In this document: piece by piece, positions 27,123 through 39,300 of the stretch
Position numbering within the stretch: the first letter of the stretch is position 1
Layout: each line of letters opens with the position of its first letter
DNA from: Balanoglossus misakiensis
Taxonomy: Eukaryota; Animalia; Hemichordata
NCBI GenBank assembly: GCA_040954595.2
Contig: CM082585.2
Span: 5,977,808 to 6,041,807, forward strand
Length of the DNA: 64,000 nucleotides
Direction: 5' to 3'
Position numbers and translations under genes: made by a program
Notes under the pieces: model-generated
What the model was told of the DNA's origin: nothing
Databases searched by the model: none
What the model saw: only the letters and a program-made list of their open reading frames with translations

Positions 27123-28152
27123 ATGACAATATATAATATCCATTTATTTGACCGCAATGGTACATGTTTGTTTTACCAAGAATGGAATCGAAAGAAACAA
27201 GCAGGAATGTCGAAGGAAGAGGTAATGCAGTGCTTTTCCCCCTTCCATTTGAAAATATATGGTAAAAGTATAGAACTCGAATTCAATCATGGTGTCATTT
27301 CTTTCTTTGTTTCAGGAATTCAAATTGATGTATGGTATGATATTTTCAATCAAGTCTTTCATCAGCAGGATGTCACCGACAGATTAGTATCCTTTTTAAC
27401 TATGTCATGTCCAATCATGTTTTGCCTGTCCAGAATATATATGTAGAGACTCATAGAGACTGATAGTCACACATGCACACAAACGATATACACATGTGTG
27501 TGCATGTACACACATACACACACATGCAATCAAACAGCATTGGAAGAATTCTTAAAGGTTGATCCTTAACACCCTTCTACAGCAAAGATGGTTTTCTCAA
27601 TTTCAAAACGAACAAATATAAGCTACATTTCTATGAAACACCGAGTGGACTGAAGTTTGTGATGAGCACAGATCTAAGTGTTGGAAGTGCCAGAGATGTA
27701 TTGCACCAAATATTTAGTCAAGTGAGTTTTTGATCCTCTGTGTTTTCATAGACTGGTTTAGTCTAGTTTCTTGTATTCTTTTACTCATTAATTTGAACTA
27801 TTATCATTTATATAAACTTCTACATTTAAAAAAGAGACAACAGTAAGTGAGTGGAAATTTGTTCATAACAACTGAGTAACTAACCTCTTAGTTGTAAACT
27901 GACTTTTAGAGATAAACTTTATTAAACGTCCAAAGGAATTTCTTTTTTTAACCATCAAGTGAAATTTGTTGGAAAGTCTGTATTAAATAATAACTTCATG
28001 TTTTCCGTTGTTTCTATTTCCAGATTTATGTAGAATTTGTCGTGAAGAATCCATTGTGTCAGCTGGGAGAACCGATCACAAGTGAACTGTTCAGACACAA
28101 ACTGGACAACTTTGTTCGGGGGTTGCCATATTTCCAACTAAGGACAAACTAA
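27123..28152 (+). CDS. TRAPPC1: Trafficking protein particle complex subunit 1 (Bet5), 145 aa
   Basis: Exons 27123-27221, 27316-27386, 27583-27721 and 28024-28152 give [87 protein letters not shown]...IYVEFVVKNPLCQLGEPITSELFRHKLDNFVRGLPYF, colinear with TRAPPC1. AATAAA at 28471 and 28651. Confidence 0.97.
27387..27582 (+). other. U12-type (minor spliceosome) GT-AG intron of TRAPPC1
   Basis: 5' splice site GTATCCTTT at 27387; branch site TCCTTAAC at 27563-27570 close to CAG at 27580-27582; no real polypyrimidine tract. Splicing here restores the frame (GAT TA|C AAA GAT). Confidence 0.92.
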
Positions 28153-28825
28153 CATGGCCGCCGCATCTCGCGAGGATTGACACATTGCAGACACTTTCCA
28201 TGTTGACATGTACTGCTGCAGAGGAAATCATATGTGTGATTCCTACAAGAACCGTTATTTATCCCAAAGCATACAGCAACAACAACAAAAATCACTGAAA
28301 ACCTAGTACATGTATTCAAAGATTTTATTGTTTATAGTATGGATAATTTTAAGGCTTGGTCACGGAAAGGGGTCTTATGGTCAAACAATGGTACATAAAT
28401 TAAGCTTGCGCTTAAATGGACTGCAAGTCAAATCTCACAATATCAAAACTTTATGTTTAATATGTTTAGGAATAAAGTCTTTTCAAAATGTTTACATGTG
28501 TATGTGTGTATTTACATATGCCACGTGTGTTTTTGTATGTGGAGATTGACAGCTGATTTTTGTGTTCACTGATTCAGCAAGCTTGTGAGACGTTAAAACA
28601 ATGTCAAATTCCAACATAACCTTTATTTACCGCAAAACAATTAAATGGAGAATAAAAGATGACACACCACTTGTCACATATCCACTTACTCTAGAAGCAG
28701 GACTCAAGTTTGTTTTTGGTGTTTGCATAGCAACACAGGAAAATTTTGTAGTGAATAGCGCCCTCTTGAGATGTGCGCATTTGGGATCCTGTGGAGGTCA
28801 AAGGTGAGTAAAAGTCAAAGGGAAG

Positions 28826-31800
28826 ATGGCGACACTTGGGAGGTGAGTGTGTCGTTCATTCAATATTATGCCACGGTTTGATGCGCGTATATTGCCTGTA
28901 TCATAGACCAACGTCTGTCTGCGTGATAGATAGTTCCAATAAGAAGCGATTCAACCAATATAATGGAGGGGGCGGGGTACCCGTTAGAGAGGGGGGGGGG
29001 GGGAGGGAGTGGTGGCATGTACCAAAACAAAGGTGTCGGATTCTGCTGGGGACTTGGTTCCACCTGTAAATAAGGTCAGTCCCTCAGAAGTGTGATCCTA
29101 CATCTTTGACATGTACAATGAAAGAAGTCCGGGATGGGGGGGGGGGGGTGCACTATAATCACTCTTAGCTCTACGTACAGGTCTGTGTGTCACACAGACT
29201 TATATGCAGAGCTAAATCACCCAATGTTTCACATTTAGCCTAGCCTGACATTGGTACCAAAGAATTTCTTCAGTGAAAGTGTACATTGATCTGCTAATAA
29301 CCTCATCTGTTCTCTTTGACAGATGCATGGCAAACATTTTATTGCAAAGAAACTTGGGTGTTCTCCAACAATGCCATGCCACTTGCAGCACTGTTGCCGG
29401 GTTACCTACTATGTTTGATGGTGAGTAAATCTTATTTTTCCTCTTTATTTTCACCTGAGTATTGATTTTAGCTCAAAAGAAAACTTTGGAGTTTCACTGT
29501 GTTTTTGTAAGTTTCATGGTGCATGCATTTTTTCCAAAATATTGTGTAAAGAATAAAAAAAAATTGCTGTGGAATTTTATTCTAACAGAACAGTGGGTGC
29601 TGTAAAAAAGTAAATTCTACATTTCAATGAGGTATTACACAGCATATATCTTTCTTCCTTTTTAAATTTTTTTTTACATTCCACAGTTAGGAAAAGTTTA
29701 GAAGAACTGGTGGGAAGGAAAGGTCCATGGAGGTATGAATAATTTCAATTTACTTCTGGCTTAGCCTAGTCCTAGCCATGGACAAAATTCGGCTAGGACT
29801 AGGCTACTTCTGGTTATTTACATGCAGTATATCATTCATTCTTATTTGATTTGGGCAAATACATGCTTCATATGAGTAGTTGATTCTGTTCGTTTTTTCT
29901 CTCCTCAGTAAAGGGAAAGACGAGTTTGAATCATTGAAACCACCAGAGTCACAAAAAGACCTTCCTGTCAAGCGCATGAGGGACAGCTACCAAGAAGCTG
30001 TCATTCCTCTCGGCACTGAGCAGAAGTTACAGGAAAAATACAGAACTATTTTCAATTCTGTGAGATTTGGAAGAATTTTAGAGAGTCTAGACACATTTGG
30101 TGGTAGGTGAAGTAATTTCAATATGCATGTTGAGTGTTCTCAATTATGAGGTAACGTTATGACATGTCTACACTTGTGGCACCTCAAAAGAATGTTTGAT
30201 AACCCACGATAAAACCCCACCTGCGATTTGATTGACTGATAATCATGAATGCATTGGTCTTGATACATCAAACTTTAATAGTATATGTATGTCATACAGT
30301 TCTGTTCTGTTTTGTTTTGTTTTGTTTTGTTTTCCACAGTTTGGATTTGTTATCAGCATAACAAAGTAGAAGAATGGAGTAAGCCACCTATTGTCATAGT
30401 AACAGCACTAGTTGACAGGATAGGTAATGTAATTCCTGTAATCTCATTGCTTATGTCTGTGGCGACGTAAATAAGTGATACTGTATTCATTTGAACCAGT
30501 ATGGAGCAGGTGTTCAACATAGTAGTGGTACAAATTACAAAACTTGTGATCCGCGAGTGACAGCGCCCTCGCAAGAGAAATTCTACAAAACAAGAGTACT
30601 TGGTGGACCATTTTCTGTTTGTCTAGGTACATAGCATGCATTAACCAAAATTCCAACAGAAGAGAAACACTGTCACAGCAAATTATTCAATGAACAGAAT
30701 AATTGTCTATGTTTACTTTCTTCTGTCGTCTTCTGTCATAAAGCTCACAATGTGCATTTGTTTTATCTTAAAGATTTGCAATCCAAGTTAATTTTACCGG
30801 ATAAAGACATAAAAGTGACGGGCCAGGTGACGTGGGTCGGTTCCACTTCAATGGAGGTCACCATGAACGTCATGCAGGTAAATGTAATGTCATGCTTTTG
30901 CAGATGCGTCTCATTGTGCTGTAAAACCTTAACCCTTTCATCCCCATTTCCATGTATAAAGGTCCAGCGTTGCTATTTAAAACAATGGAGTTGGACCAAA
31001 CCATGGTCACATTGGTGGTGAAAGATTTAATGTTGATGGAATCCCAGTTGTTGGAGTTTTGAAAATCTACAAGTAAATCATCAAAAGTTACAGGATTTCC
31101 CCTTTTTACACTATAAAAATAATGTTAGCTTTGAGTCTTCATAATATGTATGCCTAAGGCTGTATTCACAAACACCTCTGGAGGGGGGGGCGGGAGAATT
31201 CAATTTTTTGTACCGCTAATTTTCACATGCCCCCCTTCCGAACTGCCAATATTTTCAAATCCCCCCCTTCCGAACTGCCAAAATTTTGAAATCCCCCCCC
31301 CCCATTTTCTTTCACAGCGCAAAACACATCACCTATCTATCTTGTAAAAAGAAAAACAGCGCTCCCATGAAAAGAATTTGAAGCTGATGTTTCCCCTCAT
31401 CAGTGGGTATTAAAACTGAACATTGTTTTTATTTTTTAAGTACATATATTTGTATTCTGTGTTGGGAGACATTGTAAACCGAGAATTGAAGGGGGTGGGT
31501 TTGGGGTGTCCCCCTCCCACGTAAGAAAATTTTCTAAAATACAGAGCTCAAAGTTGCATTTTAATGAACCCGGCAAAAGCAAATTAACTCAACTACCGGT
31601 ATGTTGGGGAGGACAAATTTAACCGTCGCCGCTCAAAGTTATCATGGGGTGGGGCAAGTCCCCTGATCTGGGACACTAGATAAACCAGTCAATGATTGAA
31701 AGGTGTTGATGAATGGAGGGGGTGGGTGTCCCCCTCCCACATTAGAAAATTTTGTAAAATAAAGGGCGCGAAACTGCATTTTTGTGGACTCAAAATAAAT

Positions 31801-34800
31801 ATTTAGTCGTTAAAGTTTTCAAGTCCCCCCCTTTCAGTCCCTAAATTATTTCAAATCCCCCCCCTTACATACCCTCAATTTTTTCAAATCCCCCCCCTCA
31901 ATTCTCCTGCCCCCCCCTCCAGAGGTGTTTGTGAATGCAGCCTAATTCAATTCAAAATGCACAGAAATTGACCATTACTGTAACTGGTTATCCTGAATTA
32001 AAAAAAATATATCTGCTTCATGGTTTAGTTTGAAAAATCATCCTTTCTTCAGCTAAAATCTTAATTCCTTCCTGTAGCAGTTGACAACAGTAACAAGAAG
32101 TAAAATGTATATCTATGTAGATGTCAGTCATGTATTATTTTCATATTTCCTTTGTTTCAATCTAGCAAACTGTAGACGATGGCAATTGGGCGCAAGTAAT
32201 GGACGCAAGCTTTCTTATGGTATCAAGAGATCCCCAAAACGCAAGGTATAAGAATGAATTTCCAAATTGAATAATCTTGAGTCTGCATGCAGTTATCATT
32301 GAGTGTCGTGTCAGTTAGAAATGTTGTTGTCCCAATCTATATTAAGTTGTGTTGATTGAATTTCCAAACTAAATAATCTTGAGTCAGCGTGAATTTATCA
32401 TTCAATGTGGTGTCAGTTAGAAATGATGTATTCCCAAGCCATGTTATTGTCATCCAGTTATGTTGATTGACATCTTGTGATGATCTATAGAATTGTCATG
32501 GTACAAAAAAGTTTGTAATTCTTTTGGTATTTCACTTGGACAGGAAAGCGTACGTGTGTCCACTTCAGCCCGAGACGGAAGAAGAGTGGAGATTATTCAA
32601 GAAAGGAGAAGAAACTAAAGACAAGCGAATACAAGAATCTGCCGAGTCCCTCTTGAAGTCGCCCCCGAACCCTGAAGAAACAAAACTGGTACATGATTTA
32701 TTTCTAGGAACACTTGACCAAAGGTGAGTCGATGGTTTAACCCTTCTACTACAATGGTTTGGTCCAAATCCATTGTTTTCTGTGGTAAAGTTGGGACCTC
32801 TTTAAAGGGAACTGGGGGTGAAAGGGATAAAGATACACTGTGAAAGCAAAGTCACAGAAACCATGGATACTAGAGAATAGCCAATCGCGGATTTTCACTT
32901 GGGGACACTCAAAAAAGTGAGCCACCGCATGGGCAATGTAACATTTAGACATACCCATTAAAGGGACAAAGTCTCTCTCTCGCTGCCCTTTTTCCATTTT
33001 GTTAGTGAAAAAACTTGCCAAAATGAATAATCGTTCTCTACCATTTATTCATTTTTTGCTAGTTTTTACTCTCATATCCTACAAACAGGATGGAACTTGT
33101 GTGTGGTCGAACGTTGATTCACTATATATCCACATGTAGAATAACATAAACGGTGTCCTGTATCAAACATAATTAATGGAAAAAGGGCAGCGAGAGAGAG
33201 AGACTTTGTCGCTTTAATTTATGTTAGAAGGGATTTTATACCTCGAGGGCTTAGATAATTGAGCTATGGAAGCTACATGTGACGAAATGCAAACACTTTT
33301 TAATCAGGAAAAATTGTACTTTTACTACTGTAAAACACTTATTTTCGCGAGCAATTAATTTTCGCCAAATACGCGAGAGCCAAAATAGCGTGAAAATAAA
33401 AAGTCACGTAAATTGTTATTGAAGATAACGATGCAGTGAATGAAATAAGAGAACGCGAAAATTAATACTCACGAAACAGTGGCCTCTCTCGATGTCGCGA
33501 AAAATTTAACTCGCGAAAATAAAGTGTTTTACAGTATTTCTTCAATTTTTTATTTTTTTTCCCAATCTGTATTTGAACAGTTCAGGGACTTTCAGAGCAA
33601 GAGTGAAACCGGAAGGTGCAGTGTGGATGGAAGACTGTAAATTGAAAAATATGATTATTTGTCATCCTCAGGTGAGTTGCAACTCCATTATCGCAGTGAG
33701 GTGGACGGTCACTCTTCATTTTTCTATTCTATATTTCTGCGGAATCCTCAAATGGGACCACAGTGTCCTTGACGCTATTTTTCTATTTTCCAAGTCCGCC
33801 CTCTAACTGTGCCTGCAGTTCGACTAATCGTCAAAGCTGCTACAAACTCAAAATGTCATGTTCAGAAAATCATACGCTGGCTTTGAGGACACTACAAGTA
33901 GATACAGCTTCATTTAGAAATAGTACAGTAATGTTGGAAGGCAGAAAATTTATATTCTTTTATGTACACATTAATCGAATGTATGGTGCGTTTGGTGTCA
34001 CTTTCAGGAGAGAAATTTATACAACAAAGTTTTTGGTGGCTTTCTCATGAGGCAAGCGTTCGAACTAGCATGGGCCAATGCATATGTACACTGGTAAGCT
34101 TTGATATTTGTGATAATAATTCATTGAAATGAAAGTGAGTAATGTAATATACAAGGCAGAAAAATATAGTACAATACAAATACATGATACATTGTACATA
34201 CAAATACTGTAAAACACTTTATTTTCGCGAGCAATTAATTTTCGCCAAATACGCGAGAGCCAAAATAGCGTGAAAATAAAAAGTCGCGTAAATTGTTTTT
34301 GAAGATAACGATGCAGTGAATGAAATAAGAGAACGCGAAAATTAATACTCGCGAAACAGTGGCCTCTCTCGATATCGCGAAAAATTTAACTCGCGAAAAA
34401 AAAGTAATACAAGATAAATGCATTATAATACCATTCATTGTACTTAAGATTTAGACATATTGCTCCTATGTAGAGAAGTGAATTCTTCTTTTCAATTCTT
34501 TTTTCCAGTAAGTCCCGTCCAAATGTCATAGCTGTAGACGATATTGTATTCCGCAAGCCAGTTCCTGTCGGATCGCTGCTCTACCTCTCGTCTCAGGTTG
34601 CATACACGGATGGTCATTTGCTGCAGGTCAGAGTTCATGCAGAGGTGTGCGATCCCAGAACGGGTCAGAGAGACATCACCAACGATTTCCATTTTACGTT
34701 CGAGAAAGACAGTCCAGTCACACCCGTGATTCCAAAGACATATCCAGGTAAGCACTTTGTCACTTTTGTATAATTACTATAAAAACACTTTATTTTCGCT

Positions 34801-35241
34801 AGTCAAAATTTTCGCAATAACGAGAGAGGCCACCGTTTCGCGAGTATTAATTTTCGCGTTCTCTTATTTCATTCACTGCATCGCTATCTTCAAAAAAAAA
34901 TTTACGCGACGTTTTATTTTCACGCTATTTTGGCTCTCGTGTGTTTCGCGAAAATTTATTGCTCGCGAATATAAAGTGTTTTACAGTATTCCTTGTTTAC
35001 TGTTTGTCAGGTAACGGCCATTGTTATTGTTGACAAATGAATTCAAGTCCGGACTTGAATTCAAATTTTGCACATTAACAATGCTGACTATACACACTTG
35101 TGATTTGGTATTTACCAAGAAACCTTCCAAACGTTTCTAACCATATCCCGAAAATCCTTATTCTGAATATTTTCAGAGGCAATGATGTACTTGGACGGCA
35201 AGAGGCATCTAAGAGAAGCAGCAGAACTCAGGGTTTCATGA
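28826..35241 (+). CDS. ACOT9: Acyl-CoA thioesterase 9, mitochondrial (double hotdog fold), about 12 exons
   Basis: Approximate exons 28826-28842, 29323-29420, 29687-29732, 29909-30103, 30340-30423, 30774-30877, 32166-32245, 32544-32723, 33581-33671, 34008-34093, 34509-34747, 35177-35241. They encode RMRDSYQEAVIPLG, VRFGRILESLD, IVTALVDRI, TGQVTWVGSTSMEV, HPQERNLYNKVFGGFLMRQAFELAW, AVDDIVFRKPVPVGSLL and PKTYPEAMMYLDGKRH, matching ACOT9. Confidence 0.95.
29762..29806. mobile_element. 45-bp palindromic mini-element with 9-bp TSD (Academ/AcademH-like termini)
   Basis: TAGCCTAGTCCTAGCC...GGCTAGGACTAGGCTA flanked by cttctggct / cttctggtt. Confidence 0.7.
31158..31942. mobile_element. PIF/Harbinger-type MITE (785 bp) in an ACOT9 intron
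   Basis: About 43-bp TIRs GGCTG(T/C)ATTCACAAACACCTCTGGAGGGGGGG..GGAGAATT at both ends, TAA on both flanks, internal C-rich sub-repeats. Confidence 0.88.
32256..32470. repeat. Diverged tandem duplication (about 100-bp unit, two copies)
   Basis: gaatttccaaa..taatcttgagtc..ttatcatt..gtgtcagttagaaatg repeated at about 32256 and 32358. Confidence 0.8.
32962..33213. mobile_element. Kolobok-like MITE
   Basis: TTAA-AGGGACAAAGTCTCTCTCTCGCTGCCCTTTTTCCATT ... AATGGAAAAAGGGCAGCGAGAGAGAGAGACTTTGTCGCT-TTAA. Superfamily inferred from the TTAA flanks and purine termini. Confidence 0.75.
33328..33534 (+). mobile_element. MITE family A copy 2
   Basis: Near-identical to 18070-18276, same orientation, TA flanks. 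Confidence 0.9.
34207..34405 (+). mobile_element. MITE family A copy 3 (right TIR truncated)
   Basis: Same sequence as copies 1 and 2 up to tcgcgaaaaaaaagt. Confidence 0.88.
34777..34986 (-). mobile_element. MITE family A copy 4, inverted orientation
   Basis: Internal sequence is the reverse complement (gagagaggccac, ttctcttatttcattcactgcatcg, ttttcacgctattttggctctcg). Confidence 0.88.
35011..35097 (+). repeat. Interspersed repeat fragment, family C
   Basis: gtaacggccattgttattgttgacaaatgaatt..agtccggacttgaattcaa..tgctgactatacac also occurs at about 45487-45640 and, more diverged, at about 52325-52460. Confidence 0.8.
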
Positions 35242-36368
35242 AAAAAGAGGAAAGTATCACTGAAATACAACTTATATATTTGTGGTTCACATTTTCACCC
35301 AGGTGCTTATAATTAAATTATTTACCAGTTGGATTTTACGTGTTTTTTAATTACTGACAACATGCAACATGATGCTTCAGAAAAAGTAGATTTTAATTAA
35401 GAAGGGTCAGTATTTCATGTTGCCTGGTGTACAGTTCCCAGAAAATGTGTATAGTTAGTACGCAATGTAAGCTGGAAATTTATATTAGCCAAATCAGGAG
35501 TTTTAACCCCTATCCTGTATATAGGTAGATGATTTTTGCTGTACAATGTGATGTTTATTGTTCATATTCATGATCAAACTTGAAATAAACTTATGGCAAA
35601 TTGACAACAGCTCACTGAAGTCTCATCCTCATGAACCAACAAATCGAAGCTTTTGCTGTCAATGGCCTGTGGTTTACAATAATGGTATTTCTCGGAAATA
35701 ATCTCTCAGGCTTCATTTACATGTACTTGGAACAGTGTCAGATAGGGGGCGCTGTACATCAACATTTCACTCGAGATGTCACCAGGGGCTCATATATATG
35801 CATTGAACATGTGTAAAATGTTCAGAAGCAGAATTTTTGTTTACTTATGCTATACTATTTATTGCATATTAATCTTACCGATACAACTGTAAGTAAATGT
35901 GAGTAGAAGTAATTTCATTCAATCCGGCAGCCCTATGTCGTAAAAGCGCATTGTTACATGATGAAAGGTCATTGCTCTCGACTGTACATTAAGTTGATTT
36001 ACGAGTAATAAGGATGAGAGAAAGGCCACTTTAATAGCTGGAGCACAACTCGACTCATCAATATCAATTTTCTTTCACCTATCTTCAATAAATAAGCATT
36101 TTTGTCAGGGCAGGGTCCAATATAAATTATGACCATCACTGATAATATTATTTCTCAAAATATCAAGGCATTTCATAAAATTGATTTTCCACAAAGTAAA
36201 GAAAATGGTGAGTTGCTTGGAGTGTTTATACATTGTTACACACTATTTGGGCAACTGAGGATCTATACTGTTGAGAGTCGAAGGTTTAGAAATGTGAGTG
36301 TAAATTCTAAAGATATCTGGCCATTTGTTTTCAGGTGTAGGCATGTGCAGCAGGCATAGCAGTGCAAA

Positions 36369-36387
36369 TGGCCGCTAGATGGCGTTC
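36369..36387 (+). promoter_or_regulatory. CTCF-like binding motif between ACOT9 and SAT
   Basis: TGGCCGCTAGATGGCGTTC resembles the CTCF core and is preceded by GCAGTG (upstream-motif-like). Binding not demonstrated. Confidence 0.5.
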
Positions 36388-39300
36388 TCAGACAGGGGAG
36401 GAGAATATAATCAATATTTGTAGTCCAATATCGATTGTCCGACAAGTCATTAGTAACCGAACACCGTAACATTACACCGCAGTTACTGGTAATAAAAGAC
36501 GGGAAAGTGGTTCTTTGTGCCCCTGCGCCATTGTGTACTTCTCCTCGTAAACGCTGCACAATGCGAATCTATTTATACAATACAGCGTCCCGCTGTGGTA
36601 TTGTTTGGTAATGGTAGAGCCACGATGCTCGAACTCTCATGGGTAACTGATACAGGGCGGCTACCGCGTGCTTATTTTGATCCGATGCTGTACGTTGTTG
36701 ATGTTATTGTATTCGGGGCGACATAGTGTTCTGAGGGTCGGTGAACTTGCTCGTAGAAATTAATATCTTTGACCGGGTTTTGGACGGGGAGATTCGTTGA
36801 AAAACAAAATTTTAAAACTCATAGCGTCTAGATTGATTCACTCAAGTATACTTGGAGAGAAATAAACAAGAAATAATATACAGATGATGAGGAAAAGTTT
36901 GAAATAAAATATTTCTGGGAACTTAGGGGTTTTCGGGTGTTTTCGGAACATTATAAAGGTATGGGCCCATAAATACTATCACACAAGTTATATATGATGC
37001 AAAGTTTGCAATGTCGGTCGACGTCTGTAGGCTTTTATATTGCAGTTGGCAAATAGGGCCTATATAAAGAATCCCGCAAATACAGACGTCATTATATAAT
37101 GCAAACAATCTACAGGTGTGCAATCCAGACATACAACGTTAACGCCCATTTTATGGGAGCAAGAATAAATATAGTTCCAGACCTTTCCCTATAGCATAAC
37201 TATTACATGCATGTCTGCATGTGTCGCATGATTACTTTTATGTGAGACATGACCAAAATCTCCACAAATTAACTTTGCCGGCCATCACCAACATCCTAAC
37301 AGTTTCACGGTTTATTTATTTCACAAAAATGTCCAGATAGACGATGCATAAAAGATTGGTGACTTGTATGCTTTGATTTCAAAGTTCCGTACAATTTATT
37401 TACGGGTTTCACTACATTTATGTTATTTGCAACAATATCTGACTGGTCGACTTCGTTGTCATCGCAATTTATTTTCGATAGCGAAATCGACTTCCATTCC
37501 ACCCCGGTCACTGACTCGAGATCATGCATGATTCGGATTCCGCCACCTGCACAGCTGCAAATCCATTTACAGGTATTCAGCTAATAATTTACGTCATACG
37601 TTTTTGATCAGTCACTGCAAATTTGCTTCGTGGCAGGACTCTTTCCCTGTTTCAGAAATAACACAGAGCTGTGCGAATATTAGATGCCACGTTATGGCGA
37701 GATCTCTTTTCGGGGGTCTGTTGGTAAAGTTGACGGCAAAGTGTTTTGACAATCATTACCCAATCAGCTAAGTGCATATTTCCTGTCAGTTCTAACCCCT
37801 CATTCGGTAAAAATGACTCTCGACCATACTTTTTGTGACCTCTGTCCCTTAATTGCATAATTTCATGAAATATGTATGCGATGCTTATGAGTTCGCGATG
37901 AATATTCTGACGTGTTTCCCAAAACACCTGTTAACATCATGGTTTACCAGGGTAATTTTTCTTCAACCGGAAGATTGTTCTGAGCTACTCACATCATCGA
38001 TTATTCCCAGACGACGTCTTTAATATCGCCCCAGGCCCATCTCGACCCGAAACCTTAAACATCCTTCGTATCTCTTCGTTTTTATTCAATTTCGCACAAA
38101 AATTAGAAAGTTTCTTATTCATTATTTTTCAAGCTTTGTTATAGGCCTATCACTTTTCTGTGTAAATCTGAAATTAAAAAAAATACTAATAAGCTTTTTA
38201 AAGGTCTGTGACATAGTGCAACTGAATATCATGTCTGTAGAAAAGTCCTTATATTTCGTCTGCCTGTTCTGCGCGTATAGTAGGGTTTCAGCCTCCTACT
38301 ATCCATGCATGGTTGACCGACGCTGACACTAGCCACACACATTTTAGTGTTTGGGCGGGGTGGGTCGGACGACATCCATGAACTATGCGTAAGTACATCA
38401 AATGTTACTTTTGTTCGCGTAAAATCTTATAACAATAAAACATCTACAAATAATCAATCTTTTGATCTTTGAAATTCCCAAATCTTGAAGTTCTTGAATC
38501 TCGAAGAAGTTCAACAATGAGGGCGTGTTCAGGTGCGCATGACCCCAAAACGAGGCTTTGGGAATTTCCTGATCGGACTGTGAAGCGTGTCGATTTCAGC
38601 ACAGCCAGGCGCCTACAGGTGTTCGTTTGTGATTGATAAAGGTGGGTGCCATATATTTAACATCATTGTGCTTCAGTTGCACTCTCACTTTTCAAATGTG
38701 TAAGATAAATATTGATCGTTCCGCGAGGGTAAATATGCGATGGATTGAATCGCGGAGCCGTCGCGTAGCCGAGGCAGACGAAATGGCCGTGAGAAATAAC
38801 AGCGTGAATGTATGTACATTTTGTATGTATGTAGGTCTGTAGGTTGATAATCTGCATTAAAAGCGACTTCAGTGCACAGGCTTTATCTATGATGCGCGTA
38901 ATGACATCCATACTGTTATCTTTATGCGATTTTATTTTGCGATATCATTTGACAACACAACAGTCAGTATGTTACAGAATGTGTACATGGATTGCATGCT
39001 TGTAAGTTTCAAGATTGATCTCTCTCTAGATCTGTGACCTAGCTCTGAACTGTACGTGTAGGTGTACTGTAGCGCGAAAATGGATTCATGTGCTTGGTTT
39101 ACAAATTAAGTGTCATGCAAAGCTTGATTGTTCAAAGTCATGGGGAAAGTGTCAAATGTGGTTTGCGACTGTCATGATCGCTGACAAAAAAAATGCAATG
39201 CTCCTAAAGGTATAACTGTTGGTAAACACGCACTGGGGCTAAAGTCCTGAATTCTCTTGGGGTGACCGCTGCACCATCGAGTAATTTTGCGCAGTTGACA

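Noticed and set aside
29181-29245. Possible ACOT9 exon after the gtacag acceptor
   Set aside because: Stops in all three frames. The exon at about 29323-29420 fits phase and reading frame.
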